A DNA stretch of 63,965 nt, the filler included, from Lama guanicoe (taxonomy: Eukaryota), in assembly GCA_013239625.1 (NCBI GenBank). It is 190 parts of 190 records of this genome, joined end to end, with 100 filler letters (N's around TTAATTAATTAA, not from the genome) between each part and the next. Parts side by side here need not be neighbours in the genome. Positions count along the whole stretch, not along the records: positions 11,796 to 12,032 come from PNXV01045591.1; positions 12,133 to 12,369 come from PNXV01045592.1; positions 12,470 to 12,706 come from PNXV01045593.1; positions 12,807 to 13,043 come from PNXV01045594.1; positions 13,144 to 13,380 come from PNXV01045595.1; positions 13,481 to 13,717 come from PNXV01045596.1; positions 13,818 to 14,054 come from PNXV01045597.1; positions 14,155 to 14,391 come from PNXV01045598.1; 182 more parts are not named here. The stretch is one strand, 5' to 3'. The translations under genes and the position numbers were made by a program. Of the stretch, positions 11,915 through 25,512 are shown in pieces; position 1 is the stretch's first letter, and each line of letters starts with the position of its first letter. Below the pieces are notes generated by a model. The model was given only the letters and a program-made list of their open reading frames with translations. It made no database searches and was not told the DNA's origin.

Positions 11915-12032
11915 AGCTCAGCTACTCAAAGCGTGACCCTCAGTGTGGTGGTGTAGGGATCCCCTGGGTCCCCTCCCCGCCTCCCGAATCAGGATCTGCA
12001 TTTTAGCAAGCTCCTTGGTGAATCACTGAAGT
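11915..12032. mobile_element. hAT-Charlie MITE (MER5A-like)
   Basis: ctactcaaagcgtg...gaatcaggatctgcattttagcaagctccttggtga. Confidence 0.55.
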
Positions 12033-15000
12033 NNNNNNNNNNNNNNNNNNNNNNNNNNNNNNNNNNNNNNNNNNNNTTAATTAATTAANNNNNNNNNNNN
12101 NNNNNNNNNNNNNNNNNNNNNNNNNNNNNNNNATTTCTTTACTGTCATTCTAGATGGGTTTGGGTAGGGGTAGTGACAGATATGTGCATTCAATCTGCAA
12201 TATTCCATCAACCCTTTATTGACCTCTGTTGTAGGTGGAAACATGTGCTGATGAGAGGAGGAAGCTATTAGAGACTAAGGGAAGAAAATTAGTAGATACT
12301 TGCTGTTTACTCCAATCACTTTACTACAGGAAATTGATCAACTAAAGTTTTTAAAGTTTTAACTTATTGNNNNNNNNNNNNNNNNNNNNNNNNNNNNNNN
12401 NNNNNNNNNNNNNTTAATTAATTAANNNNNNNNNNNNNNNNNNNNNNNNNNNNNNNNNNNNNNNNNNNNACTGTTTAGCAAAATACCATTTATATAAATT
12501 TTAAAAATGCAAGTTAATATTTTAAATATACTATTTTCACAATTTTATAATGAAACATATTATATATATTACACCTTAATAACTTAAAAATACTTTCCTT
12601 GAAAAGATTTGTAGAGAAAAGTTGAATAATTCAAGAGTTATTACCCCCTCTTTTTAAACCTATGAAATGTATTCTTTTCTTTTTGCTTTATTAGCCATGC
12701 TAATATNNNNNNNNNNNNNNNNNNNNNNNNNNNNNNNNNNNNNNNNNNNNTTAATTAATTAANNNNNNNNNNNNNNNNNNNNNNNNNNNNNNNNNNNNNN
12801 NNNNNNGGTACTTCAGGAACAAAGAAAACCTCACTTTCCCAAGAAGTGCTCCTCCCTCCATACAGCATGAGCTAAAGGCAGCCCCTTCACACCCACTGCA
12901 CACCATCTTTCCTCCCCACTGATGTGCTGTGGAGATGGGTGTTAATGCTCACCAATGTTGTGAAGACCACCCCTGTCCCCAGTGGACTGCTGATCAGTAT
13001 TCAAAATTCAGTTCAATTCAATTCACCGTTCAAATTTTCAGCANNNNNNNNNNNNNNNNNNNNNNNNNNNNNNNNNNNNNNNNNNNNTTAATTAATTAAN
13101 NNNNNNNNNNNNNNNNNNNNNNNNNNNNNNNNNNNNNNNNNNNCCCAGAAACTGACACAACATGTAAATCACTTACAATTCACTGAAAAATAAATTAGTT
13201 TTATATATATATCACTACATGTGTATCTATATCTTTATATACACATTACAGACTCTGAACAGCCTACATATTTTCTTTGGTGTCACCTTGAATACCTGCC
13301 TGTGCCCAACCTTGTTCTTGAGAAAGCTTAAAAAAATCATATCCACCTACAATTAAAAAGTAAACAAAATCCACACTGCTNNNNNNNNNNNNNNNNNNNN
13401 NNNNNNNNNNNNNNNNNNNNNNNNTTAATTAATTAANNNNNNNNNNNNNNNNNNNNNNNNNNNNNNNNNNNNNNNNNNNNAACTGAACATTCTCCAGATG
13501 TGAGGAATTCTCCACAAACTGCAACCACTACCCATTCATGCCCAAAACGGTCCCACCGTGATTTACTTCCTCTAGCCCACCTTCTATCTGCCATTGTCGT
13601 TCTAACCCTGTTTCTGGCTGTCCCTCCCCTGCCATGTGCTCAGCTTGCCAAGACAGTGTGCATCACACCTGCACCTTCTTGCCCACAGGGTTTTGCAGGA
13701 CGCTCCCTCTGTTAGAGNNNNNNNNNNNNNNNNNNNNNNNNNNNNNNNNNNNNNNNNNNNNTTAATTAATTAANNNNNNNNNNNNNNNNNNNNNNNNNNN
13801 NNNNNNNNNNNNNNNNNAGGGAAGAAATATGCCATTGCTCCTACAGGGATATATATATAACACCCTCTCTCTCTCTCAGAATAAATAAATAAAGAAATAA
13901 AAGCCTAAATACCACTAGATGTGGAAGGAAAAGAGCAATGTGGCATTTGTATAAGAAATTTTAAGGGGAAAATCCAGATTTTAGGTTGAGCAATTCTGTA
14001 AGGACACCTATAAAATATGATAAATAATGATGTCCTTAAGTCTATAGTTTACAANNNNNNNNNNNNNNNNNNNNNNNNNNNNNNNNNNNNNNNNNNNNTT
14101 AATTAATTAANNNNNNNNNNNNNNNNNNNNNNNNNNNNNNNNNNNNNNNNNNNNCAGGCAGGTCACTGCGACATTCAGTATTTCTGTTGAGTTAATTAAT
14201 TCATCCAGTTAGCCAAATAAAGTTTGTTTTTTTAATAGCCTTTATTTAAATAAGTTTTGACCAATAAGGGAGGTGAGGTGAGGAGGGAAGGAGAGAGTAG
14301 CTTTGAGGCACGTCCTTCCTTCTTCAGCAATGGAGAGAGCCCTTTGATTGCTCAGAGCAAACTGCGGTGGGGATGGTCAGTTCAATAGAAANNNNNNNNN
14401 NNNNNNNNNNNNNNNNNNNNNNNNNNNNNNNNNNNTTAATTAATTAANNNNNNNNNNNNNNNNNNNNNNNNNNNNNNNNNNNNNNNNNNNNGTCCCCGCT
14501 GGGCACATGCCACAGGAGCACAGCTTGGTGAGGGGACAGCTGCTGTGGGATAAGAGGTCACCATCCTCTGGACTGATGCAGCCCCACTCCAGGTGTCCAG
14601 CTTGGTGCATGGAACATGGACTGGGTTCGGCTGCCCCTCACCCTTCTAGTGTTGCAGCCCTGGGCAAGAATTAAGCCCCACAAAGGCAGAGATCTTACCC
14701 TGAACCTGTGAACCTGGCCCCTGGCCTCNNNNNNNNNNNNNNNNNNNNNNNNNNNNNNNNNNNNNNNNNNNNTTAATTAATTAANNNNNNNNNNNNNNNN
14801 NNNNNNNNNNNNNNNNNNNNNNNNNNNNCCAGCCCCAGGGTGCTCGCCTCGCCGCTTTCCCTTGCCGTCCCCATAGTGAAGCCACGAAATACTTCAAATG
14901 CTTGAGGAGGCGGCCGTGGTCTGGAAAGCGGTTCGCAGGTGCGGGTGTGCACAATCCAGAAATCATCGTCCTGTTTCCGCCCCCTTGCCTGCGTTTTCCG

Positions 15001-16194
15001 CGAATTGCATTGGTTCAGCACCTTCCGTGGTGCCCGTGGTGGTCCCCTGTGCAGGCTTCCTAAGTNNNNNNNNNNNNNNNNNNNNNNNNNNNNNNNNNNN
15101 NNNNNNNNNTTAATTAATTAANNNNNNNNNNNNNNNNNNNNNNNNNNNNNNNNNNNNNNNNNNNNCAACCAGACGCTGCACAAGGCACTGGCCGTCTGAT
15201 ACGGACATCCCAGCTCTTTATGCTGGGTCAAGTGCCAGGTGAGAAATATGAGTTCCCGACCAGCTGGGACCAGCAGCACCACACAGAGCACGCTAACAAG
15301 TTCAAACCCCACGTAGTAGGAGAAGGCTTAGGAAGGCGCAGCTGGTCAGCAGGTTTTCAGTGAAGGGAGAGGGAAGGAAGCTACACAGGTAGGACCCTCA
15401 AANNNNNNNNNNNNNNNNNNNNNNNNNNNNNNNNNNNNNNNNNNNNTTAATTAATTAANNNNNNNNNNNNNNNNNNNNNNNNNNNNNNNNNNNNNNNNNN
15501 NNATTTCCCACAAGCTGGTTCCTTTAAATCATCTTTAAAGCCCTGTGCCCTTTGCTTCCCATGGGCAGGATTTTGTCTACACTGGCCTAACCTACAGACG
15601 TTGCTCAATTCTTCCCCGCCGGAGGAGCAGACAAATTTGGGGGGGACGACGATTAGGGAGTGACAACTAGCACAGCACACAGAAACCCAATTCAGGCCAT
15701 TCAACGTCTCTGTCCCTGGAAGTCTCCTGGCCCAGCCACNNNNNNNNNNNNNNNNNNNNNNNNNNNNNNNNNNNNNNNNNNNNTTAATTAATTAANNNNN
15801 NNNNNNNNNNNNNNNNNNNNNNNNNNNNNNNNNNNNNNNGAGGTGCTACATTCATCCCAGCATCAGGCCTTCCCATAAGGTATAGAGTGAGTGAACCCAC
15901 CTGACGCTAAATCTTCCGGTGCCTAGCCCCAGCAAGCGCTTGGGGCAGAACTAATAACTATAAGGCGTCCACCTGTCATCTTATCAGGCCTTCCTCTGCT
16001 TCGTTTGCATAGTTATCTTCCAAGAGTTGATGTTATATGTCTACTGCAGGCTGATCTATTCTCCTACCTGCCACATNNNNNNNNNNNNNNNNNNNNNNNN
16101 NNNNNNNNNNNNNNNNNNNNTTAATTAATTAANNNNNNNNNNNNNNNNNNNNNNNNNNNNNNNNNNNNNNNNNNNNGCCAGTTCCAAGCTTTGC

Positions 16195-16413
16195 CCTTTG
16201 AGGTGCCCTGTGGCGCTGTGTGGGGACCCCCAGGTATACTCCCATGTTTGGAGATTCGCTTAAGGGACTCACAGTATACAGCTTATAGGTGTAGTCATGG
16301 CGCAGGTTTCCTAGTGACAGAGTAAACATTCAGTGGCAGGTCATAAGGAACAAAGACACAGGTCGAGTCTTGAAGAATCTGTATACAGGCTTCCTCATGC
16401 TCTGCTCCTCCTG
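16195..16413. mobile_element. ERVL LTR fragment (MER21/MER77-like)
   Basis: tgtggggacccccagg...ggagattcgcttaagggactcacag resembles the MER21-group terminus. Confidence 0.5.
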
Positions 16414-18872
16414 NNNNNNNNNNNNNNNNNNNNNNNNNNNNNNNNNNNNNNNNNNNNTTAATTAATTAANNNNNNNNNNNNNNNNNNNNNNNNNNNNNNN
16501 NNNNNNNNNNNNNGCATCGTGGCCTGAGGCTGGAGGCCCGGCTACAGAGTTTCCTGTAGTTGAACGATCTCACTGGGTTACTATTGTCATTGTTAGAAGG
16601 GGTAAACAAGTAATATTGGAACTCAGTCTCTTGAGTCTTACTCCAGAACCTTTTCACATTGTTACTAATACAGAGTTATTCTGTCCCCACTGAAGATTCA
16701 ATATGTCTTGACACCTCCCCTCTCCTTTGTCTGAAAAATGAGTGAGTGTANNNNNNNNNNNNNNNNNNNNNNNNNNNNNNNNNNNNNNNNNNNNTTAATT
16801 AATTAANNNNNNNNNNNNNNNNNNNNNNNNNNNNNNNNNNNNNNNNNNNNTCACAGGACTTAACCTTATAAAATAGCCTGAGTTACCAAAAAGACCACAA
16901 CTTGGGTGCTTCTAATGAAGAGATGGAAAGAGTGACAAACACTGGCGGAAAATGACCTTTTGTATATTTGCCATCATTATGTTTACATTTTGATATAGTC
17001 ACTGAGGTCATTGTAGTGTTTTAACCTGAAAAATGAGGTAAATAAATTAGAAGAAATCAATCATTTAATTTAAATGTAAATTAAATCNNNNNNNNNNNNN
17101 NNNNNNNNNNNNNNNNNNNNNNNNNNNNNNNTTAATTAATTAANNNNNNNNNNNNNNNNNNNNNNNNNNNNNNNNNNNNNNNNNNNNGGAGCCAGCCTTC
17201 AGTGTTGTCTGTCATTTTGGTATATTGAAGATAACTCTGTGCCCTTCTGGCTATGGAATCCTGAAACATTTGGCAGCCCTGCTGACCAGTTTCTCCCTCT
17301 GTTGCGTGTTTCAGAGATAGTGATTGGTGGTCTCCTTTTTCTCTGTAGCCACGCCTCCCTCTTTAGAAGTTCATGCTCATTTTTTTATTAAATGTTCCCT
17401 TTTTCAGTGAAAATCCTGTCTCCCNNNNNNNNNNNNNNNNNNNNNNNNNNNNNNNNNNNNNNNNNNNNTTAATTAATTAANNNNNNNNNNNNNNNNNNNN
17501 NNNNNNNNNNNNNNNNNNNNNNNNTTAGGTTGCATACTTACTAACTCGTTGATAGTCTCAGCTGCCAGAGCCTTTTGCGTAAATGCACGTGTATATTTAT
17601 ACGGACTCGCATATATACACATATGTACGTATGCACACAAATATATAGGGAAGTTGTAAATATGCAGTCTTCCCCTTTTATATATATAAAAATGAAATCT
17701 TGTATATGTCCGTCTGCCTGCATATTTAACCTGGCTCCATCATATCTGTACAATGGTGGATNNNNNNNNNNNNNNNNNNNNNNNNNNNNNNNNNNNNNNN
17801 NNNNNTTAATTAATTAANNNNNNNNNNNNNNNNNNNNNNNNNNNNNNNNNNNNNNNNNNNNGACATCTCTCCTGGCCTTTTGGGAAAGGAGGAGCAGGCA
17901 GCTGGAGGGTTGCTGACAGCTGTGTCAGCCTGTGAATGGAGTCACCCAGGCCAGGAGCAGAAAGCGAAGTGACTCAATTGACAAGTCCTCACCATCCCCC
18001 CACAACCCACTCAGAGCAGGGGGGGAGTTGCTCAGAGACCCAGGGAGACCCTGCTCCAGAATACAACAATCCTAATGCTTGGGGCCCACCCTGATGGGNN
18101 NNNNNNNNNNNNNNNNNNNNNNNNNNNNNNNNNNNNNNNNNNTTAATTAATTAANNNNNNNNNNNNNNNNNNNNNNNNNNNNNNNNNNNNNNNNNNNNGA
18201 CATACACTCAGGACCGTGTTATCTTTCCTCCCCTGCCCCACCCCCACGCCGCTTTCTCTGAGCAGAGCTTTGGTGTCAGGCCCTCAGTTTTCAGGGTGCT
18301 TCATTCTGAGAGAGAGTTACCTTTCTCTGAGTTCCACCTGTATCAGACCCAAGCCACCCTACATATTTGTAATCATGTACCTACACACACGTGGGTATCT
18401 TTCATAACAAAAGGCTAGAAAAGCTTGGCCTCACCNNNNNNNNNNNNNNNNNNNNNNNNNNNNNNNNNNNNNNNNNNNNTTAATTAATTAANNNNNNNNN
18501 NNNNNNNNNNNNNNNNNNNNNNNNNNNNNNNNNNNGGAAACTGGTTTGCTACCTAGTGTTCTACACCCAGCCGACTGATCATGTTGGAAATCAAGGCATT
18601 TCCTTCCCGTGCACCACTGCTCAGGAAGCTACTTAAGGATGAGCTGCAGCAAAAGGAGACTTATTTTTTCTTTTTTAAGAATTCAGGAAATAGGAGATCC
18701 AACCACAAGAGAGGCAAAAGGGATCTCTGGAATCCTGTTCAAGGAAGCTGACAGGAGCCCAGGAAGCACCCANNNNNNNNNNNNNNNNNNNNNNNNNNNN
18801 NNNNNNNNNNNNNNNNTTAATTAATTAANNNNNNNNNNNNNNNNNNNNNNNNNNNNNNNNNNNNNNNNNNNN

Positions 18873-19109
18873 AAAACTTTTAAAAAATTGAGCATAGACC
18901 CTGAATAAACATTTCTCCAAAGAAGATATACAAATGTTCAAGGGATACATGAAAATGTGCTCAACGTCTTAATCATCCAGCTAATGCAGCACGATATCAC
19001 CTCACACTCATTGTAAAGGCTATTATCACAAAGACAAAAGATAACAAATGTTGGGGAGATTGTGGAGAAAAGTGAATTCTTGTGCACTGTTGGTGGGAAT
19101 GTAAACTGC
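18873..19109 (+). mobile_element. LINE-1 ORF2 3' fragment
   Basis: catttctccaaagaagatatacaaatg...gataacaaatgttgg...tgcactgttggtgggaatgtaaac. Confidence 0.95.
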
Positions 19110-19209
19110 NNNNNNNNNNNNNNNNNNNNNNNNNNNNNNNNNNNNNNNNNNNNTTAATTAATTAANNNNNNNNNNNNNNNNNNNNNNNNNNNNNNNNNNN
19201 NNNNNNNNN

Positions 19210-19446
19210 AACCCATAATTTAGAACATGGAATGTAGGACAGAAAATAGCACATAGAATACAGAAATAGAATGTAGAATATAGAATGTACAAGACAGTAT
19301 ATAGGATATAGAATACACAATTCAGAACCCTGAATTTAGAATATGGATTGCAGAAAATAGAATATAGAATATAAAATACAGAAATAGAATGTTGAATTTA
19401 GAATGAAGAACACAGAATATAGAATATAGAATGCAGAACACAGAAT
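19210..19446 (+). repeat. Heptamer (AGAATAT/AGAATAC/AGAATGC) satellite with ~116-118 bp higher-order period
   Basis: Degenerate 7-bp tandem units; variant blocks recur at 19210/19326 and 19258/19376. Confidence 0.85.
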
Positions 19447-20894
19447 NNNNNNNNNNNNNNNNNNNNNNNNNNNNNNNNNNNNNNNNNNNNTTAATTAATT
19501 AANNNNNNNNNNNNNNNNNNNNNNNNNNNNNNNNNNNNNNNNNNNNCTGCCCTAGACCCCTCCTGTCCTCCTGTTCTCCATCAAACCTTACACCCCCTGT
19601 GTTCCAGGCTTTCAGGCTCTGACTCTGGGGGGAGGAAGCACCTCTCATCTGATACCCTAAGTCGTCAATGATCAGCAGGGTCTGAGGTGTCCTCTCCCAC
19701 AGTCAACAACGTATAGACATTGAACAGGAAATGCCTCCAACCAGACAGTCGCCAGCGTGGAATTTCAGGTGTCCTGGCAGATCNNNNNNNNNNNNNNNNN
19801 NNNNNNNNNNNNNNNNNNNNNNNNNNNTTAATTAATTAANNNNNNNNNNNNNNNNNNNNNNNNNNNNNNNNNNNNNNNNNNNNCATCAAATGCTCAGTGA
19901 TTAACTGACTGTCTGCAGTGGGCTCAGGTCTGACTCCCAGGGGACAAAGCAGAGTAGACACAGCCTCAGCCTCTAAGAGCTTAGCTGAGGAAGGAGGCAG
20001 GGGCATGATGGGGGGCAGTGGGACAGCCCTGTCCATTTATCTGGACCCCCCTCAAGACATTCAGGAGTGGCGCCCCTTTCCCAAAGGGTGGAGTTTGGGG
20101 ATGCACTGCCTTCTGTGGTTNNNNNNNNNNNNNNNNNNNNNNNNNNNNNNNNNNNNNNNNNNNNTTAATTAATTAANNNNNNNNNNNNNNNNNNNNNNNN
20201 NNNNNNNNNNNNNNNNNNNNGAGGCAGCACCAGCAGCCAAGGGGATAAATGGTTTGATTCAGGATTTCATCATTCACCAAAACACAAGGTTTGCTCAAAG
20301 CACTCTCTACAACCTGACATAAACCAAAAGTAACGTCAGCCCATGCTCCAGGCCTGCAGTCACAGCCCAGGACCAGGGTACATTTCAGTGCTGTGATGGA
20401 AACCTCAAATCCTCCCCCTCATCCTACGGCTCCACTAGCAGAAAATAAGCAAAACACNNNNNNNNNNNNNNNNNNNNNNNNNNNNNNNNNNNNNNNNNNN
20501 NTTAATTAATTAANNNNNNNNNNNNNNNNNNNNNNNNNNNNNNNNNNNNNNNNNNNNTGGGTTTGTCTTTGAGGGAATTCAGACTTTTAATTTGCTAGCA
20601 ATCTGAATTTATTTCCTTGTATTAATGTTACAGTAAGTGGTGTACCAGAGACTAAGCTCGCTGAAGGTCTCTTGATAAAGTGCACACGTTGGAAAAGAAA
20701 GAAACACACTGTATTTGGTGGGGGTGAGGAAGATAGGAACAAATCCAACCATCTGTATCCTGAAAAGTATTTCAATAAGAAATTATTTCACTTGNNNNNN
20801 NNNNNNNNNNNNNNNNNNNNNNNNNNNNNNNNNNNNNNTTAATTAATTAANNNNNNNNNNNNNNNNNNNNNNNNNNNNNNNNNNNNNNNNNNNN

Positions 20895-21131
20895 AGATAC
20901 AATATATCTCCATGAGGAAAATATAGGCAAAATGTTATCTGACATAAGATTCGAAAATTTTCTCAAAGAAATAAAAACAAGAATAAACAAAAGAGACCTA
21001 ATGAATCTTATACTCTTCTGCATAGTAAAGAAACCGGAAGTGAAGCAGAAAGACAACGTACGGAATGGGAAAATAAATGTGTATGTGAAAGCTACAAAGG
21101 CTTGATCTCCAGAGTATATAAGCAGTTCATC
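20895..21131 (+). mobile_element. LINE-1 ORF2 fragment
   Basis: gaggaaaatataggcaaaa...tctgacataa...cttctgcatagtaaag...agaaagacaacgtacggaatgggaaaa. Confidence 0.85.
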
Positions 21132-21905
21132 NNNNNNNNNNNNNNNNNNNNNNNNNNNNNNNNNNNNNNNNNNNNTTAATTAATTAANNNNNNNNNNNNN
21201 NNNNNNNNNNNNNNNNNNNNNNNNNNNNNNNCTGCCTCACCCCAGCTCAGGGGTGAAGAGTGCTGCTCCTGCCTGGGGAGGTTGGCTCTGCCTGCCGAGC
21301 TTCCCAGGGGGAAGAGAGGTTTGTTTCTCCAAGAAGGCAGAGCAGCTAACCTTTCATGGTCACAGAGAGCCTTAAAAATAGCCATGCCCGAAGAGGGAAA
21401 TCCACTTGTGTGCAGACTTTTATGTACCAAGACAAACATCGCTTATGAGAGAGAAAAGGAAAAAAAAANNNNNNNNNNNNNNNNNNNNNNNNNNNNNNNN
21501 NNNNNNNNNNNNTTAATTAATTAANNNNNNNNNNNNNNNNNNNNNNNNNNNNNNNNNNNNNNNNNNNNTCCTAGTTAATAAATTAAAAAAAATAAAACCC
21601 ATGACCCATGAGGGCGCACCTGAGCATCAATCCAAGAACATGCAAATTAACGTCTACATACAAACCCACACCTGCAGGTTCACGCAGCTGTATATGTAAC
21701 AGTCCAAACTGGAAACACCTAAATGTCCTTAGGCAGCTGAGGGGTCAAATGGATGCGCCCCACCCCTTCCGTGCCAGGCCGGCCAGCCACGCCTGCGGGG
21801 GTCAGNNNNNNNNNNNNNNNNNNNNNNNNNNNNNNNNNNNNNNNNNNNNTTAATTAATTAANNNNNNNNNNNNNNNNNNNNNNNNNNNNNNNNNNNNNNN
21901 NNNNN

Positions 21906-22142
21906 ATTTGTCTTTCTCTGACTTGTTTCACTTAGCATAAGGCCCTCTAAAGCTCTAATTTTGCAGATGGCAAAATTTCATTCTTTTCATGGCTGAGTAG
22001 TATTTCACTGTGTGTGTATCACACCTTCTTTAACCATTTATCTGTTGCTGGACACTTACGTTGCTTTCATACCTTGGCAATTGTAAATAACACAGCTGTG
22101 AACATTGGGGTCCATGTATATTTTTGAATTTCTGTTTTTTTT
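21906..22142 (-). mobile_element. LINE-1 3' fragment
   Basis: tttgtctttctctgacttgtttcacttagcataa...tggctgagtagtattt...ttgtaaataa...gaacattggggt. Confidence 0.9.
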
Positions 22143-23253
22143 NNNNNNNNNNNNNNNNNNNNNNNNNNNNNNNNNNNNNNNNNNNNTTAATTAATTAANN
22201 NNNNNNNNNNNNNNNNNNNNNNNNNNNNNNNNNNNNNNNNNNTTTTGGTGTGTATCCTCTCCTGTTTCTTCCCGTGTGTAAGATCTTCGGCCTGGAGTTG
22301 AGACACCCTCCGGCCCACATCCTGTGCACTCAGATTGCTTCTGCTCTGCATGGTGGACACAGAGGGCCCCGCTCTGGGACCTTCAGCAGTCTTTGTGGCA
22401 CGTCGGCTGATCACCTCTTCTCGGGCCATGTTCACGCTGCCCCGAGCGCTTACCACTGTTGCCCGAGATGCTGCCGCCCNNNNNNNNNNNNNNNNNNNNN
22501 NNNNNNNNNNNNNNNNNNNNNNNTTAATTAATTAANNNNNNNNNNNNNNNNNNNNNNNNNNNNNNNNNNNNNNNNNNNNACATTCATACAACATAGGATC
22601 ATATTTTAAAATAGCTCTCACTCCTCAAGAAGATTCTGTAGTCACTGACAAAACTATCTGGTGGCTGTGGTCTGAGTAGGAAAGGCAGTGTTTTTCTCTC
22701 TTTCATTTGTTTGCTCATTTATTTAATAATAGCGTTTGGGCACTTGGATCTCTTATTTTGAAGCAAGGCATTCAGGAATATCTCTGGAATTTTCTTTCTT
22801 TCTGGTTTTTTTTTTTNNNNNNNNNNNNNNNNNNNNNNNNNNNNNNNNNNNNNNNNNNNNTTAATTAATTAANNNNNNNNNNNNNNNNNNNNNNNNNNNN
22901 NNNNNNNNNNNNNNNNGTGGCCTAGAGGATGTGGGAGAGAATTTCTACCAGAGGCTGAGCTTAATTTTAAACATTAATACAATTGAGAAGGGAGGGTACC
23001 ATTGAAGAGGAAGGAAAAAACAAGAATGCCCAGAGTTGGAATGTGGGTATTAATTTACTAACAGGGAGGCAAGCTGTGTGCAGCCCGACCTGGGCCCCGA
23101 CCCCCCTAGAATTCCTGCCGCTGCTGCCGGATGGACCACGTTATTAAAAAAAANNNNNNNNNNNNNNNNNNNNNNNNNNNNNNNNNNNNNNNNNNNNTTA
23201 ATTAATTAANNNNNNNNNNNNNNNNNNNNNNNNNNNNNNNNNNNNNNNNNNNN

Positions 23254-23400
23254 CAAGAAAAAATTTTGTAATTCTGTATGGTGACGGATGTTAACTAGAC
23301 ATTGTGGTGATCACTTTGTGTTGTATACCAATATCAAAGCATTATGTTGTACACCTGAAACTAACATAGTGTTATGTGTTACTTATATCTCAATTAAAAT
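23254..23400 (+). mobile_element. LINE-1 3' end
   Basis: tgtatggtgacggatgttaactagac...tgttgtacacctgaaactaa...tatatctcaattaaaa. Confidence 0.85.
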
Positions 23401-23590
23401 GTTGCTTGTTAAATCATATAGAAATTTTTTATAGGTGTAGAGAAGAGATACATTTTTGTCGTTCTTTGACCTTACTCATTCATTGGTATTNNNNNNNNNN
23501 NNNNNNNNNNNNNNNNNNNNNNNNNNNNNNNNNNTTAATTAATTAANNNNNNNNNNNNNNNNNNNNNNNNNNNNNNNNNNNNNNNNNNNN

Positions 23591-23670
23591 ACAATCCTAT
23601 GATGCAGGTACTATTATGCTTTTCATTTTTATAAATGAGACACCAGTTTCAGAAAGATTAGTAATGCCCT
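23591..23670 (-). mobile_element. MIR SINE core fragment
   Basis: acaatcctatga..aggtactattat...ttttataaatgaga; similar MIR pieces lie in the contigs starting 27635, 30668, 44485 and 60353. Confidence 0.55.
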
Positions 23671-24264
23671 GCTTCTCCAAGGGAAGGGTTAAATGAACGT
23701 AAAAAGAGGGTAGCACATGATAGTTACAAGATGGTAAGTTAGGAACTACTCAATTACAACTGAAAACTGAATTCTCAAGTTTATTGGAGAGAAAGCAGAA
23801 AAAGAGAGCTTTAGGGTAAGGGGACAGNNNNNNNNNNNNNNNNNNNNNNNNNNNNNNNNNNNNNNNNNNNNTTAATTAATTAANNNNNNNNNNNNNNNNN
23901 NNNNNNNNNNNNNNNNNNNNNNNNNNNTGACTTCGCAAAATTTCAAATCATATTGCCATGGCAGATCCACATTTAGAGAAAGAGGGTGAGTCACAAAGAG
24001 TGCCTCAGTGTGCCTTTTATTTGGTAGTAGTGTCATTTTTCAAAAATCTTCTATTTAAACTCAAGAGATCAGCCATGGTTTACCCCTAACACCTGTCAGA
24101 ACTGCACATAGCTCTCTGATGTAGTTATGTTTGTATTCTGACACGTGATATTGATTCACATTTTNNNNNNNNNNNNNNNNNNNNNNNNNNNNNNNNNNNN
24201 NNNNNNNNTTAATTAATTAANNNNNNNNNNNNNNNNNNNNNNNNNNNNNNNNNNNNNNNNNNNN

Positions 24265-24501
24265 TGTTCATTGTAGGCTATTACAAGGTACTGAATGTAG
24301 TTCTCTGTGCTCTACATTAGGACCTTGTTGTTTGTCTGTTTTATATATAATAGTTTGTATCTGCAAATCCCAAACTCCTAGCTTATCCCTCCCACCCCCT
24401 CCCCTTTGGTAACCACAGGTTTGTATTCTATGTCTGCGAATCTATGTCTGTTTTGTCAGTAAGTTCATTTGTGTCACTTTTTTTATTCCACATCAAAAGT
24501 G
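24265..24501 (-). mobile_element. LINE-1 3' UTR, cetartiodactyl-type
   Basis: taggctattacaaggtactgaatgtagttctctgtgct...ccctttggtaaccac; same family as 33364 and 54273. Confidence 0.9.
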
Positions 24502-24601
24502 NNNNNNNNNNNNNNNNNNNNNNNNNNNNNNNNNNNNNNNNNNNNTTAATTAATTAANNNNNNNNNNNNNNNNNNNNNNNNNNNNNNNNNNNNNNNNNNN
24601 N

Positions 24602-24838
24602 AACAAAATGAAAAGACAGCCTACTGAATGGGAGAAGATATTTGCAAATAATATACTTGATGAAGAGTCAATATCCAAATTGTATAAAGAAATCACAAAA
24701 CTTAATATCAGAAAAACAAAGAATTTGATTTAAAATTGTGCAGAGGACCTGAATAGACATTTCTCCAAAGGACAAAAAGATGGCCCACAAACACATGAAA
24801 AGATGCTCAGTATCACTACTCATCAGGAAAATGCAAAT
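24602..24838 (+). mobile_element. LINE-1 ORF2 fragment
   Basis: atgaaaagacagcctactgaatgggagaagatatttgcaaat...gacctgaatagacattt...catgaaaagatgctca. Confidence 0.95.
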
Positions 24839-25356
24839 NNNNNNNNNNNNNNNNNNNNNNNNNNNNNNNNNNNNNNNNNNNNTTAATTAATTAANNNNNN
24901 NNNNNNNNNNNNNNNNNNNNNNNNNNNNNNNNNNNNNNAGAAGGAGCCATGGCGGGAGGAGGCTCTCACTGGTGTCTGCGTGGGTCATCACTGTTTTCCC
25001 AGCACCCAGTACGTTGCCTCGTCAAGAAGGAGTCTCTGTGCATATTTGCTGAAAGAATGCTGACTGAATAAGTGGTTGATGGCTGCTGAATGCTGGATAC
25101 TAGGCAGAGCGCATTATACGCCTTAATTCACTGCTTCTCACGTCACCACAGTTCTATGAAGCAGGCACTCTCATANNNNNNNNNNNNNNNNNNNNNNNNN
25201 NNNNNNNNNNNNNNNNNNNTTAATTAATTAANNNNNNNNNNNNNNNNNNNNNNNNNNNNNNNNNNNNNNNNNNNNTTTTTGCTTGTTTTAATTTTAGGAT
25301 TTATGTGGTTTTTTAACAGACTTGTAAATTCATTGTGCTGTGTTGTTTGTGTAAGT

Positions 25357-25512
25357 TTTTTAAATTTAACTTTTTATTGAAGTATAGTCACTTACAATGT
25401 CAATTTCTGGTGAACAGCATGTTTCAGTCATATATATACATAGGTATATTCATTTCATACTCATTCATTGTAGGTTACTACAAGGTATTGAATATAGTTC
25501 CCTGTGCTATAC
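25357..25512 (-). mobile_element. LINE-1 extreme 3' end
   Basis: tttttattgaagtatagtca...ggttactacaaggtattgaatatagttccctgtgctatac. Confidence 0.85.

Noticed and set aside
22243..22479. Minus-strand frame open across the contig (..MAREEVISRRATK..)
   Set aside because: No recognisable homology or splice signals; expected by chance in GC-rich 237-bp pieces
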